In this document: positions 1 through 10,550 of the stretch, in pieces
How the letters are laid out: each line of letters opens with the position of its first letter
How positions within the stretch are numbered: the first letter of the stretch is position 1
Source of the DNA: Rhodospirillales bacterium
GTDB taxonomy: Bacteria > Pseudomonadota > Alphaproteobacteria > Kiloniellales > CBDCUY01
Length of the DNA stretch: 64,000 nt
Assembly: GCA_965222795.1 (NCBI GenBank)
Contig: OZ244972.1
Coordinates: forward strand, 3,709,231 to 3,773,230
Reading direction: 5' to 3'
Program-made: the position numbers and the translations under genes
The notes under the pieces: model-generated
What the model was told of the DNA's origin: nothing
The model's input: only the letters and a program-made list of their open reading frames with translations
Database searches by the model: none

Positions 1-2888
1 TGACCCGCGGTATTACCGACACCGGAATCGCCCTCGGTGCGGCGGCGGCGCTTGCCCTCGGCGCCTACCGGACGAGCGAAGGCCTGATGGGCTTGCCCGA
101 GCTTTTGGTGATCTTGTTGCTTGGTGTCGAGGTGTTTCGCCCGTTGCGCGACCTGCGTGGACTGCTGCACGAGGGCATGCTGGCGGAGGCGGCAGCCGTG
201 AAAATTCTCGCCTTGCTCGATCGCACGCCGGCCATTGTCGAGCCGGCAATGCTAGACACGACAGAAACCCTGGCGCCGACCCTCCGCTTTGAGAATGTCC
301 GCTTCGCCTATCCGGGTGGCCGGGGTACCACGCACAAGGACCTCAGTTTTGCCGTGGCCCAGGGCGAACGCATCGGCATCGTCGGCGAGAGTGGGGCCGG
401 CAAATCCTCCATCGTGCGGTTGCTGATGCGCCTCTATGACCCGGACGAAGGGCGCATCCTCCTGGGGGGGCGTGACCTGAAGACCCTCAGCTTCGACCAG
501 ATTCGCCGGCACATGGCCGTGGTTCATCAAGACACCTACCTGTTTCACGGCACGGTCGAGGAAAACCTGAGGTTCGGCCAGGCGGATGCCGCTCGCGAGG
601 CGCTGGAAGCAGCGGCCCGCGCCGCCAATGCCCATGACTTCATCATGGCCTTGCCCGAAGGCTATCAGACGCTGGTGGGCGAGCGCGGGATGAAGCTTTC
701 CGGCGGCCAGCGCCAGCGCATCGCCATTGCCCGTGCGTTGTTGCGCGATGCCCCTATCCTCATCCTGGACGAGGCCCTTTCGGCGGTCGACGCGGAAAAC
801 GAGGCGGTCATCCAGGAAGCGCTTGATCGCTTGATGGTGGGGCGCACGACCCTGGTCTTAGCGCACCGGCTGTCGAGTGTGATTGATTCTGACCGTATCT
901 TTGTGCTCGGCGGCGGCCGGGTGATCGAGGAAGGCAGCCATCAGGCCTTGATGGCGAAAGGCGGTGCCTATTGGGCCTTGATGTCCGAGCAAGCAGAGCA
1001 GGGTAGCGGTGATGCCGACATCCCAAGCACTCTGGAACAGGACGCCACCCTTCAGTCCGCGCCGATCTTTGCCGAGGCGCAAGAGGTCGTCGCGCAGGAG
1101 GAGGGAACGATTTCAGCCGGCGAGCAGCTAACCTGGTCTGCGGCCATTCCAAAGCTTCTAGGATTTGCCGGGCGCTGGCCCGGCCGGCTCATTCTGACGT
1201 TCCTCTTTGGTGTGGCTCGGGTTCTTGCTTTTATCGCCGTTGGCTTGGTTTCGGCCTTAGCTGTGGCAGCAGTGAAGGAGGGCGATCCCACCTTTGCCTT
1301 GATGGTGGCCCTCTTTGTCCTGGCGCCGGCTGCCGGCGTGTTGCACTGGTTTGAATCTTGGATCGCCCATGACATGGCCTTCCGCTTGTTGGCGGAGATG
1401 CGCATCGAACTCTTTCGCAAAATCGACCAGTTGGCGCCTGCTTACCTAGTGCGGCGGCGCAGCGGTGACCTGGTCGCTATGGCGACAGAGGATGTAGAGA
1501 TGGTGGAATTCTTCTTTGCCCACACCATCGCGCCGGCCTTTGTCGCGGTTCTCGTGCCGAGCCTGGCGATTGTGGTTCTGGCGATGTTCCATTGGGGCCT
1601 TGCCTTGGCCCTGGCTCCCTTCCTGGCCATCGTGGCCCTCTCGCCTGTTCTGCTGCGGCGGCGCATCGACCGCGTGGCATCCCGCGACCGTGAGGCTCTG
1701 GGCGAGCTCAATGCGCACAGCGTGGATGCGGTTCAGGGGCTGGCGGAAGTGGTGGCCTTCCAGCAGGAGGCGCCGCGGCGCCAGGCCTTTACCGACTTGG
1801 TCAAGAAGCATCAGACGGTGCGCCTTTCCTTCTTCGGCGATCTCTCGCTGCAGGCTGTGTTGGTGGAGGTGGTGACTACCTTGGGGGGGCTCGCCATTGT
1901 CCTTTGCGGTGCCCTCCTGGTCTTCCACGGACAGATGTCAGCAACCTATTTGCCGCTGTTGACCCTCTTGGCGATGGCGGCCTTCCTGCCGGTCTCGGAG
2001 ATTGCTGACATCGGCCGCCAGCTCGCTGATACCCTGGGCGCCACACGACGCCTTACCATGGTTCATGACGAGCCGGTGGTCGTAAAGGATGGTGCGAAGG
2101 AAGCGCCAGAGCGTTCGGGTGGGGTTGATCTCGCCTTTGAATCGGTTGGCTTTTCCTATCCCGGCATCGCCCGGCCGGCTGTAAAGGACATAAGCCTTGA
2201 GGTGCCGGCCGGCAGCACGCTTGCCTTGGTCGGGCCGTCGGGCGCGGGGAAAACCACCTTGGCGCACTTGATGCTGCGGTTCTGGGACCCGCAAGAAGGG
2301 CGTATTACCCTTGCCGGCCTGGACCTCTGCGACTATCGGCTCGATGCGCTTCGGAGTCAGGTCGCCCTGGTGGCCCAGGATACCTACCTCTTCAACGATA
2401 CGCTAAAGGCCAACATCCTAATCGCGCGGCCTGAGGCCAAGGAAGCCGAATTGACCGAGGCAGTCGAGCGGGCGGCCTTGGCCCCCTTCATCGCAACCCT
2501 GCCGCAGGGGCTGGAGACACCGGTGGGCGAGCGGGGTATGGCGCTCTCCGGTGGCCAACGGCAGCGAGTGGCGATCGCCCGCGCATTCTTGCGCGATGCG
2601 CCAGTCCTGGTGCTCGATGAAGCGACCTCACACCTCGATGCGGCGAGCGAGCGTTTGGTCCATCAGGCCCTGAGGGACCTAATGCGCGATCGAACCACCT
2701 TGGTGATCGCTCACCGCCTATCGACGGTGCGAGAAGCTGATTCCATCGCTGTCATCGAAGGTGGTCGGCTGCGCGAGCTAGGAGACCATGAGGCGCTGCG
2801 GGCCAAAGGCGGGCTCTACGCCCATCTGGTCGGCCGGCAGCTTTCGGCCAGTGGTGGGACGAGATCCAAGGAGGTTGTGACCCGCTGA
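1..2888 (+). CDS. Fused ABC exporter, two permease + two ATP-binding halves (CydDC-like thiol-reductant exporter family); 5' end lies outside the window
   Basis: The frame is open from position 3. Domain order is end of TMD1 - NBD1 (GESGAGKSS Walker A, LSGGQRQRIAIARALL signature, ILDEALSAVD Walker B) - linker - TMD2 - NBD2 (GPSGAGKTT, LSGGQRQRVAIARAFL, LVLDEATSHLD). The CydDC assignment is inference only. Confidence 0.8.
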   Translation, partial: TRGITDTGIALGAAAALALGAYRTSEGLMGLPELLVILLLGVEVFRPLRDLRGLLHEGMLAEAAAVKILALLDRTPAIVEPAMLDTTETLAPTLRFENVRFAYPGGRGTTHKDLSFAVAQGERIGIVGESGAGKSSIVRLLMRLYDPDEGRILLGGRDLKTLSFDQIRRHMAVVHQDTYLFHGTVEENLRFGQADAAREALEAAARAANAHDFIMALPEGYQTLVGERGMKLSGGQRQRIAIARALLRDAPILILDEALSAVDAENEAVIQEALDRLMVGRTTLVLAHRLSSVIDSDRIFVLGGGRVIEEGSHQALMAKGGAYWALMSEQAEQGSGDADIPSTLEQDATLQSAPIFAEAQEVVAQEEGTISAGEQLTWSAAIPKLLGFAGRWPGRLILTFLFGVARVLAFIAVGLVSALAVAAVKEGDPTFALMVALFVLAPAAGVLHWFESWIAHDMAFRLLAEMRIELFRKIDQLAPAYLVRRRSGDLVAMATEDVEMVEFFFAHTIAPAFVAVLVPSLAIVVLAMFHWGLALALAPFLAIVALSPVLLRRRIDRVASRDREALGELNAHSVDAVQGLAEVVAFQQEAPRRQAFTDLVKKHQTVRLSFFGDLSLQAVLVEVVTTLGGLAIVLCGALLVFHGQMSATYLPLLTLLAMAAFLPVSEIADIGRQLADTLGATRRLTMVHDEPVVVKDGAKEAPERSGGVDLAFESVGFSYPGIARPAVKDISLEVPAGSTLALVGPSGAGKTTLAHLMLRFWDPQEGRITLAGLDLCDYRLDALRSQVALVAQDTYLFNDTLKANILIARPEAKEAELTEAVERAALAPFIATLPQGLETPVGERGMALSGGQRQRVAIARAFLRDAPVLVLDEATSHLDAASERLVHQALRDLMRDRTTLVIAHRLSTVREADSIAVIEGGRLRELGDHEALRAKGGLYAHLVGRQLSASGGTRSKEVVTR

Positions 2889-2961
2889 ACTTTTGATGCA
2901 AGGCATTCCAAAACCTCGGATCGTCCTCTAAGGTCGAAGCCGCTGGCGGAGGGAGGTTTTA

Positions 2962-4107
2962 GTGCCGGGGCATGACAATCTTGACGGCCTGCTGCACCAA
3001 CTGAAAACATCGGCGGCGTTGCCTGTGGAGCTTGCCCGCGCTTGCCCGCCTGAGGTCTATCACTCCGAGGAATTTCACGCACGGGAGCTGGAGAGCCTCT
3101 TTCATCAGGAGTGGCACTGCGTAGGCCGCGTGGATGAGTTTACCGAGGTAGGGCAGTATCACTGTCTCACCATCGGTGTTGAGCCCATCTTCGTCGTTCG
3201 CGACGGGACTAACAGTCTGAAGGCCTACTCGAACGTATGTCGGCATCGCTCCAGTGCTCTGCTGACCGGCGAAGGCCGGATCCAGCACCGTATCGTCTGC
3301 CCCTATCATGCTTGGTCTTATGGATTGGATGGCCGCTTGCACGCGGCTCCCCACATGGCGGCGGACTTTGCTTTTCAAGATTGTCAACTACCGGCTTTCC
3401 CGGTCGAGGTTTGGGAAGGCTGGATTTATGTCAGCCTTGATCCGAACGTGTCGCCGCTTGCCCCCCGTCTCGCTGGCCTTAGCCGTCGCTATGCCAACTA
3501 CCGCATGTCGGAGTTTCAAACCCTCTTCCGGGTGGAGGAAGTTTGGGAGACGAACTGGAAGATTCTGGTGGAGAACTTCATCGATCCCTATCACCTCTTT
3601 CGCGTGCATGCCAAAACCGTGGAACCGGTGCTGCCCACCCGGCTGACCCAGCCGTTACCGGGGGAGAAGGCCTACACGCTTTTCGAACAGGGTCGGCTGC
3701 CCGGTGTCGCTTACGAGTATGCTGAGACTATGGCGGCAAGCAACGAGGCGTTAACGGAAGACGAGCGCAACAAGATCCCGATCTTTTGCGTCTTTCCGGC
3801 CCAAACGGTGTCGATTTCGCCGGAGCGCCTGTTTTGGTTGGCCGTGCAGCCCGAGGGAACACAGAAGGTGCGGGTGCGCTGGGGTGTTGATGCTTTCCCC
3901 GGTTCGCTACCGGAAGAGGACGCCGGTAAAGGCCGCTGTGAGGAGCTCCGCCAAACCTTCGAGCTGATCAACGCCGAGGACAAATCGATTATTGCCGCTG
4001 TCCGACGCAACGCCCACTCCCGCTTTGCAACAGCGGGCCGTTTGTCGCCCAAGGAGCAAACGATCTGGGAGTTCCAGCGCTATCTGGCGGCGCGCCTTTG
4101 TGACTAG
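2962..4107 (+). CDS. Rieske [2Fe-2S] non-heme iron oxygenase, alpha subunit family
   Basis: Rieske motif CRHRSSALL...(16)...CPYHAW is present. GTG start at 2962 is preceded by GGGAGG at 2951-2956. 381 aa. Confidence 0.8.
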   Translation: MPGHDNLDGLLHQLKTSAALPVELARACPPEVYHSEEFHARELESLFHQEWHCVGRVDEFTEVGQYHCLTIGVEPIFVVRDGTNSLKAYSNVCRHRSSALLTGEGRIQHRIVCPYHAWSYGLDGRLHAAPHMAADFAFQDCQLPAFPVEVWEGWIYVSLDPNVSPLAPRLAGLSRRYANYRMSEFQTLFRVEEVWETNWKILVENFIDPYHLFRVHAKTVEPVLPTRLTQPLPGEKAYTLFEQGRLPGVAYEYAETMAASNEALTEDERNKIPIFCVFPAQTVSISPERLFWLAVQPEGTQKVRVRWGVDAFPGSLPEEDAGKGRCEELRQTFELINAEDKSIIAAVRRNAHSRFATAGRLSPKEQTIWEFQRYLAARLCD

Positions 4108-4122
4108 CCAAGGCCGATAGGT

Positions 4123-5202
4123 TTAAAAGACGATCACATTGCGCAAGGCCTCGCCGCGGCGAACCGAGGCAATAGCCTCGTTAATGTCGGCCAGCGGGTA
4201 GCGACCAGAGATCAGCTCGTCCAGCTTCAAGCGACCTTGCTGATAAAGCCCCACCAACTTGGGTATATCGATCACCAAGCGGGTAGAGCCCATCTTGGAG
4301 CCGAGGATGCGCTGGCTTGCATCGGCAAAATCCAGGGCCTGAAGCGACGCCGTGGCACCCACCGCCGGCATGCCGACGATCACCAGGGTTCCGGCCGGGC
4401 GCAACAGGGTGAGGCCCTGTTCAATCGCCTTGGTGCTGCCGACGGTGACGAAGACGAAGTCGGCGCCCCGCCCATCGGTCAGACCGCGCACCGCGTCAGG
4501 GAGATCATTGCCGGCCGCATTGAGGCCATGGCTGGCACCGAACTGCTTGGCGGCTTCCAGCTTAGAATTGGCGAGGTCGACCGCAATGATGGTCCGGGCC
4601 CCAGAAAGAGCCGCTCCCTGGACCGAATTGAGCCCAACGCCGCCAGTGCCGATCACCACGACACTGCTACCCGGAGGCACTTGTGCGGTGTTGGTCACGG
4701 CGCCGAGCCCGGTTATGACGCCGCAGGAAATCAGGCTGGCGCTGTCGAAGGGTATCTCCTTGGGGATCTTGGCGACCTGCGATGCATCGACAACGCTGAA
4801 TTCGGCGAAGGCGCCGGTCCGCAGGCCCTGCTTCACCGGGCTGCCGTCGCCGCGCCGTAAACGCGGTTCTTGGTCCAAGGCAAAGGTGGTTTCGCACTGG
4901 GTATGCGCACCCTGCGTGCAATAGAAACACTGGCCGCAGGACCGGATCAAGGTGACAAGCACCGAATCACCGGGTGCCACGGAATCGACGCCCGGTCCTA
5001 GAGCCTCTACCACGCCGGCTGCCTCATGGCCGTAGATCGCGGGCAGTTGGCCACCCCACAAGCCGTCCATGTAGTGGATATCGCTTTGGCAGATGGCACA
5101 GGCGGCCATCTTAACCAGCACCTCTCCTTCTTGCGGCGGATCGAGCTCTATATCCTCGACCACCAAGGGCTCGCCAAAGCGATGACAAACGGCTGCCTTC
5201 AT
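4123..5202 (-). CDS. Zn-dependent alcohol dehydrogenase (formaldehyde/alcohol dehydrogenase class III-like)
   Basis: N-terminus MKAAVCHRFGEPL...GHEAAGVVEALG with a CxxC...C structural-zinc cluster and GTGGVG Rossmann motif. ATG at 5200-5202. Confidence 0.85.
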   Translation of the reverse strand: MKAAVCHRFGEPLVVEDIELDPPQEGEVLVKMAACAICQSDIHYMDGLWGGQLPAIYGHEAAGVVEALGPGVDSVAPGDSVLVTLIRSCGQCFYCTQGAHTQCETTFALDQEPRLRRGDGSPVKQGLRTGAFAEFSVVDASQVAKIPKEIPFDSASLISCGVITGLGAVTNTAQVPPGSSVVVIGTGGVGLNSVQGAALSGARTIIAVDLANSKLEAAKQFGASHGLNAAGNDLPDAVRGLTDGRGADFVFVTVGSTKAIEQGLTLLRPAGTLVIVGMPAVGATASLQALDFADASQRILGSKMGSTRLVIDIPKLVGLYQQGRLKLDELISGRYPLADINEAIASVRRGEALRNVIVF

Positions 5203-5348
5203 GTCATTTCACCCAAATATGACAAAATTGTTTTGGTTAACTCGCGCCTTACGGTTGACTCTGTACTATCATCAGCGACAGGATTGCATGCTTAAGAGCA
5301 TCATTTTTTGAATACAATAGGTATGTCGTTTAGTTGGGAGACTTGACC

Positions 5349-6248
5349 ATGGGAAAGAGTGCCAGTGCAGCCGAAGCGGCCGTGGACGCGGCAGTGTCCA
5401 AGGAGAAAAACGACACGCCCAAGACGAAAGGCGCCAAGTCCAAACAAAAGAATGGTAAGGACAAGCCGCGTCGCAAGCTAAAGAACAAGTTCTACGAATC
5501 GGAACTGGCCCGGCTGCAGATAGAGTTGGTCAAGCTGCAGGAGTGGGTTAAGGATCGCGGGCTGAAGGTCGCGGTGGTCTTCGAAGGACGCGACGCGGCC
5601 GGCAAGGGCGGCACGATTAAGCGGATCGTGCAAAGCCTGAACCCGCGCATCTGCCGTGTGGTTGCGCTAGGAACACCTACGGAACGAGAAAAAACCCAGT
5701 GGTACTTCCAGCGCTATGCACCCCATCTGCCGGCGGCGGGTGAAATGGTGCTCTTCGACCGCTCTTGGTACAACCGAGCCGGCGTCGAGCGGGTCATGGG
5801 TTTTTGTACCGAAGAGGAGTATGAAGAGTTCCTGCGGTCTTGTCCTTCATTTGAGCGCATGCTGGTCCGGTCCGGCATCATTCTGATCAAGTACTGGTTT
5901 TCGGTCAGTAACGAAGAGCAGGAACGGCGCTTCCAGGGTCGGATTAAGACCCCGACGAAGCGCTGGAAACTATCACCCATGGATCTCGAGTCGCGCCGGC
6001 GATGGGTCGACTATTCGCGCGCCAAGGACGCCATGTTCATCCACTGCGACACCGAAGACGTGCCGTGGTATGTGGTTGAGGCAGATAACAAAAAGCGGGC
6101 AAGGCTTAACTGTATCAGCCATCTCTTAAGCCTGATCGCCTATGAGGATTTGACCCCCCAACCGATCAAGCTGCCGCCGCGCCAGGATGCGCAGGGCTAT
6201 GTGCGGCCGCCGCGCACCAGCCAGCGCTATGTCCCGGAGATTTATTGA
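5349..6248 (+). CDS. ppk2: Polyphosphate kinase 2 (PPK2 family)
   Basis: Conserved PPK2 block (FEGRDAAGKGG Walker A-like, WYFQRYAPHLP, FDRSWYNRAGVERVMGFCTEEEY, IKYWFSVSNEEQERRF). The ORF track starts at TTG 5334. The more likely start is ATG 5349 with GGGAGA 7 nt upstream. Confidence 0.85.
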   Translation: MGKSASAAEAAVDAAVSKEKNDTPKTKGAKSKQKNGKDKPRRKLKNKFYESELARLQIELVKLQEWVKDRGLKVAVVFEGRDAAGKGGTIKRIVQSLNPRICRVVALGTPTEREKTQWYFQRYAPHLPAAGEMVLFDRSWYNRAGVERVMGFCTEEEYEEFLRSCPSFERMLVRSGIILIKYWFSVSNEEQERRFQGRIKTPTKRWKLSPMDLESRRRWVDYSRAKDAMFIHCDTEDVPWYVVEADNKKRARLNCISHLLSLIAYEDLTPQPIKLPPRQDAQGYVRPPRTSQRYVPEIY

Positions 6249-6290
6249 GGTCCAAAGACCTTTCAGCCGGCCTGAGAGCCTCCAGTCGGG

Positions 6291-6950
6291 TCAACCCTGG
6301 CCAACAATGAGGATGTGCATGTAGCGCGGACCATGTGCCCCTCTGATGTTCTTGGCCTCGATATCGGCGGTGCCGCTGGTTCCCGTCACGATGTTGATGT
6401 TGCGCGGCTGTGCTTGGCCATTCCGGTCGAACGCAATCCAGAAATCCTCGAGGTAGGGAAGGATGCGGGCCACCTCGATAATGACAATGTGGTGGAGCGG
6501 GAGGAAGGTGTAGAGGGTCGGCGAATCGGGCCGTGACAGGAAAACGACCGAACCGGTCTCGGCGATGGCGTAGTCGGCCTGCGAGACCACACAGGCTTCA
6601 TCGGGCGCCAAGTCGTGATGGGTTACGATCTCGTTCCATGACAAGGTCGTCAGGTTTGGCGAGGGTGGTAGGGCCACCTTTGGGCCAAGCCCATTCTTTG
6701 AAAGATAGCGAGCGACTGCGCTTGGCACCTCCGCGATGGCCGCGGTTTTCTCCACGGTGGCCGTGACCCGTTCTGAGGTTACTTTTTCAATGAAACGCTC
6801 TAGAAGCGTCTGGGACGCAAACTTTGGCTGTACCTGGGCAGGGTCCGCCACCAGGTCCACAGCTTCGGCGGCGATGGCTTCCGGGCTCTTCTGCGGCGAA
6901 CCGAGTGCCCGGCGGACGGCCGAAAGGATCCCATCGCGAGCGGCGCTCAT
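6291..6950 (-). CDS. lutC: Lactate utilization protein C (LutC)
   Basis: The 219-aa product starts MSAARDGILSAVRRAL. Its start overlaps the lutB stop in an ATGA junction. It is the last gene of the lutABC order. Confidence 0.7.
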   Translation of the reverse strand: MSAARDGILSAVRRALGSPQKSPEAIAAEAVDLVADPAQVQPKFASQTLLERFIEKVTSERVTATVEKTAAIAEVPSAVARYLSKNGLGPKVALPPSPNLTTLSWNEIVTHHDLAPDEACVVSQADYAIAETGSVVFLSRPDSPTLYTFLPLHHIVIIEVARILPYLEDFWIAFDRNGQAQPRNINIVTGTSGTADIEAKNIRGAHGPRYMHILIVGQG

Positions 6951-8362
6951 CGCTGCGTCCTTCTTTCCTTGACATAGAGTTGCATGAAGGTGTCGCGGTC
7001 CGGGGCCGGCAGGTCGCGGTGCTTGGTCCAGGCACTGGCCAGGGGCATGGCCCTGATCCGACCTTGACCCCGTGCCCACAGCCGCATGGCCAGGACTCCG
7101 GCCCTTGACGCCAGCCGATAGAGGCGCGGCCGCTGCGCGAGCCAAGCCCAGATAGCAAGCGCCAGGCGCGGGATTTTCGGGGTCAACTGAGTTTCATGTT
7201 GGCGGACCCGCAGGCTGCGCAGCATGTCTGGCAAAGGAATATTGACCGGGCAAACTTCTTTGCAGCGCCCGTTCAAGGTGCAGGCGTTCGGCAGGTCCTT
7301 GGCCGCTTCCAGGGAGGACAGCGCCGGCGTCAGGACCGAGCCCATGGGACCGGGATAGACAGCACCATAGGCGTGCCCGCCAACCGCGGCATAGACAGGG
7401 CAGTGGTTCATGCAGGCGCCGCAGCGGATACAGCGCAGCATGGGGCGCAGAAAGCCGCCCAGCATCTCGCTTCGCCGGTTGTCGACCAGGATGATGTGGA
7501 AGTGCTCCGGGCCGTCGCGATCGCCTGCTCTCTTAGGTCCGTTGTAAAATGTCGTGTACTGGGTGATTTCCGCGCCAATGGCCGCGCGCGCCAGAAGCCG
7601 CAGCAGCACGGTGCAATGGGCAGCGCTTGGGATAACCTTCTCGATGCCGACGGTCACGATGTGGGTTTTCGGCGGTGTCGTGGTGAGTTCCGCGTTGCCT
7701 TCATTGGTAACCGTGACGACGGAACCGCTATCGGCGATCAGAAAGTTGGCGCCGGAGATAGAGACATCCGCGTTCAAGAACTTAGGGCGCAGTTCTCGCC
7801 GGGCGCTTTCGACCAAAGCTGCGATATCATCCGAGTTGGACGGTTGCCGGTGTTTTTCACGGAAGAGCGTGGTGACTTCTTCGTGGGTCTTGTGCATCGC
7901 CGGCATGACGATGTGCGAGGGCGGATCTTTGGCCAGCTGAATGATGTGCTCGGCCAGGTCGGTTTCGACCCGTTCGATGCCGGCCTCGGCCAAGGCTTCA
8001 CCGATGCCGATTTCCTCGCCCAGCATAGATTTTACGCGGGTCGCGCTACGAGCATTCTGTTCCTGACAGAGGGCAATGACAATATCGGTTGCTTCTTTGG
8101 GGGTTCGCGCCCAGTGCACAACGGCACCCGATGCCTGTGCATTGCGCTCGAACATTTCCAGATAATGATCGAGGTGCTCAAGCGTGTGATTTTTGATCTT
8201 TTCGGCAAGGGCCCGGGCGGCGGCGTACTCGGGATACTCGGCAATGACTTGGGCGCGGCGGCGCTGCAACAAGCCGGTGGTTCGGTCGAGCGCCACTTTG
8301 AGCGTCGGATCGGCCAGGGCCCGTTCAACGTTTTGATGGAAGAGGTGGGAAGTCTGTTTCAT
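6947..8362 (-). CDS. lutB: Lactate utilization iron-sulfur protein LutB (4Fe-4S ferredoxin-type)
   Basis: CIRCGACMNHCPVYAAVGGHAYG and CTLNGRCKEVCP cluster motifs. The start MKQTSHLFHQ at 8362 overlaps the lutA stop (ATGA). Confidence 0.8.
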   Translation of the reverse strand: MKQTSHLFHQNVERALADPTLKVALDRTTGLLQRRRAQVIAEYPEYAAARALAEKIKNHTLEHLDHYLEMFERNAQASGAVVHWARTPKEATDIVIALCQEQNARSATRVKSMLGEEIGIGEALAEAGIERVETDLAEHIIQLAKDPPSHIVMPAMHKTHEEVTTLFREKHRQPSNSDDIAALVESARRELRPKFLNADVSISGANFLIADSGSVVTVTNEGNAELTTTPPKTHIVTVGIEKVIPSAAHCTVLLRLLARAAIGAEITQYTTFYNGPKRAGDRDGPEHFHIILVDNRRSEMLGGFLRPMLRCIRCGACMNHCPVYAAVGGHAYGAVYPGPMGSVLTPALSSLEAAKDLPNACTLNGRCKEVCPVNIPLPDMLRSLRVRQHETQLTPKIPRLALAIWAWLAQRPRLYRLASRAGVLAMRLWARGQGRIRAMPLASAWTKHRDLPAPDRDTFMQLYVKERRTQR

Positions 8363-9129
8363 CCCTCGTTGCCAAGCTGACAGAGTGCAGGACCGTCGGC
8401 CATGCCGGCGAGCACCTCGACGGCGTGGTAGACCTTGGTGGACGAGCCTTCCCGGGCCAGCTTGCCGGCCATGTTCATCAAGCAACCAAGGTCGCCGCCG
8501 AGCAAAACGTCGGCGCCGGTCGCCTGGACCGCCCGCGCCTTTTCGCCGACGATGGCGTTGGAAATCTCCGGGTACTTGATGCAGAAGGTACCGCCGAAGC
8601 CGCAGCAGACATTATCGCCTTCCAACGGCGTCATCGCCAAACCCTCGACGGCTGCGAGAAGGGTGCGCGGCTGGTCGTGGACCCCGAGGTCGCGGAGGCC
8701 CGAACAGCTGTCGTGATAGGTTGCCCGCCCGTGGTAGCGCACATCTTTCGGCGTGAAATTCATCACGTCGTGGAGAAAACTCAGTATTTCCCATGTCTTG
8801 GCGGAAAGCGCCTGCTGGCGCTTCGACCAAGTCGGATCGTCGGTGAAGAGCTCGGCGTAGTGTACCCGGATCATACTGGCGCAGGAGCCGGAGGGCACCA
8901 CCACATAGTCGTAAGGCTCGAAGGCCTCGATCACCTGCTTGGCAATGGCGGCGGTCGAAGCATCGTCACCGTTGTTAAAGGCCGGCTGACCGCAGCAGGT
9001 TTGTTGACGCGGCACTTCGACCTCGCAACCCGCCTGCTCCAGCAGTCGAAGGCTGGCAAAGCCGATGTTCGGGCGCAGGGCATCGACGATGCAGGTAACG
9101 AAGAAGCCAACCTTTGGTTTCGTCGTCAT
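8359..9129 (-). CDS. lutA: Lactate utilization protein LutA (cysteine-rich (Fe-S)-binding, GlcF-like)
   Basis: MTTKPKVGFFVTCIVD...CCGQPAFNNG with CCG-type cysteine-rich domains. 256 aa. Confidence 0.8.
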   Translation of the reverse strand: MTTKPKVGFFVTCIVDALRPNIGFASLRLLEQAGCEVEVPRQQTCCGQPAFNNGDDASTAAIAKQVIEAFEPYDYVVVPSGSCASMIRVHYAELFTDDPTWSKRQQALSAKTWEILSFLHDVMNFTPKDVRYHGRATYHDSCSGLRDLGVHDQPRTLLAAVEGLAMTPLEGDNVCCGFGGTFCIKYPEISNAIVGEKARAVQATGADVLLGGDLGCLMNMAGKLAREGSSTKVYHAVEVLAGMADGPALCQLGNEG

Positions 9130-9163
9130 GGCGTTGTGGCCCGCTAGCTCTCCTTAGCCCAAC

Positions 9164-10537
9164 TCAGGTGATGCGCTGCAGCAGCGTATCGAGCGAAGCC
9201 TTGGCATCACCATAGAACATGCGCGTGTTTTCCTTAAAAAACAGCGGGTTTTCGATGCCCGAATAGCCGGTTCCCTGGCCGCGCTTGGAAACAAAGACAC
9301 GCTTGGATTTCCAGACCTCCAGCACCGGCATGCCGGCAATCGGCGAGCCCGGATCTTCTTGCGCGGCCGGGTTTACAATGTCGTTGGCGCCGATGATGAT
9401 GGCCACGTCCGTCTGCGGAAAGTCGTCGTTGATCTCGTCCATTTCCAGGACAATGTCGTAGGGCACCTTGGCTTCGGCTAGCAGCACGTTCATGTGCCCT
9501 GGCAGGCGGCCGGCGACCGGATGGATGGCAAAGCGCACTTCCTTTCCGGCAGCCCGCAGGCGCTTGGTCAACTCGGAAACCGAGCCCTGGGCTTGGGCCA
9601 CCGCTAGACCGTAGCCCGGCACGATGATGACGCTGTCGGCATCCTCTAGAGCGCCGACCACGTCGTCGGCGTCGGTGGCGATCATATCGCCCTCGATACT
9701 CTGCGACATGGTGGTTTCGCCGCCGAAGCCGCCGAGGATGACCGAAATAAAATTGCGATTCATGGCGCGGCACATGATGTAGCTGAGAATCGCGCCCGAG
9801 GAGCCGACCAAGGCGCCGGTCACGATCAAAAGATCGTTGCCGAGGGTGAAGCCGATGGCAGCTGCCGCCCAGCCCGAATAGGAGTTCAGCATCGACACCA
9901 CCACCGGCATGTCGGCGCCGCCGATCGCCATGATGAGATGGGCGCCGATGACGCCGGCGACCAGTGCCATGACGATCATCGTCCAAGTGCCGCCCCCCGA
10001 CCAATAGATGGCGCCGAGGATCAGGCAAAGCGCCAGCAGGCCCAGATTGAGTAGGTGTCGCCCGGGCAGGGTCAAGGGTTTGCCGGAGATCTTGCCGGCG
10101 AGCTTGCCGTAGGCGATCACCGATCCGGTGAAGGTGACGGCGCCAATGAAAATGCCGAGGAAGATTTCCACCTGCATGATCGAAAGTTCGACAGGTGTCT
10201 TATCGGCCGGCGGCGATATGTCGGAGTTGATGCCGATGAAGACCGCCGCCAGGCCGACGAAGCTGTGGAAGCCGGCCACTAGCTCGGGCATCTGGGTCAT
10301 GGCAACCCGCGCTGCGACGAAGGCGCCGGCCACCCCGCCGAGGGCGACCATAATGATCAGCAGCGGAACGTTTCCAACATTCGGCCCCAGCACTGTGGCG
10401 ATCACGGCGATCGCCATGCCGACGATGCCAAACCAAATGCCGCGCTTGGCGCTTTCCTGGTTGGAGAGCCCGCCGAGGCTGAGGATGAACAAGACGCTGG
10501 CAGCCACATAGGCCGCCTGGATGACTCCGAATTCCAT
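9164..10537 (-). CDS. pntB: NAD(P) transhydrogenase subunit beta
   Basis: Polytopic N-terminus ([23 protein letters not shown]) and a C-terminal dIII NADP(H)-binding domain ([14 protein letters not shown]). GGAGG RBS. It lies immediately downstream of pntA. Confidence 0.9.
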   Translation of the reverse strand: MEFGVIQAAYVAASVLFILSLGGLSNQESAKRGIWFGIVGMAIAVIATVLGPNVGNVPLLIIMVALGGVAGAFVAARVAMTQMPELVAGFHSFVGLAAVFIGINSDISPPADKTPVELSIMQVEIFLGIFIGAVTFTGSVIAYGKLAGKISGKPLTLPGRHLLNLGLLALCLILGAIYWSGGGTWTMIVMALVAGVIGAHLIMAIGGADMPVVVSMLNSYSGWAAAAIGFTLGNDLLIVTGALVGSSGAILSYIMCRAMNRNFISVILGGFGGETTMSQSIEGDMIATDADDVVGALEDADSVIIVPGYGLAVAQAQGSVSELTKRLRAAGKEVRFAIHPVAGRLPGHMNVLLAEAKVPYDIVLEMDEINDDFPQTDVAIIIGANDIVNPAAQEDPGSPIAGMPVLEVWKSKRVFVSKRGQGTGYSGIENPLFFKENTRMFYGDAKASLDTLLQRIT

Positions 10538-10550
10538 GGCGCTGTCCTCC

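Noticed and set aside
7196-8380. 394-aa plus-strand ORF
   Set aside because: It is antisense to lutB. Likewise, the ORFs at 8425-9147 and 12514-13479 are antisense to lutA and to the amidohydrolase gene.
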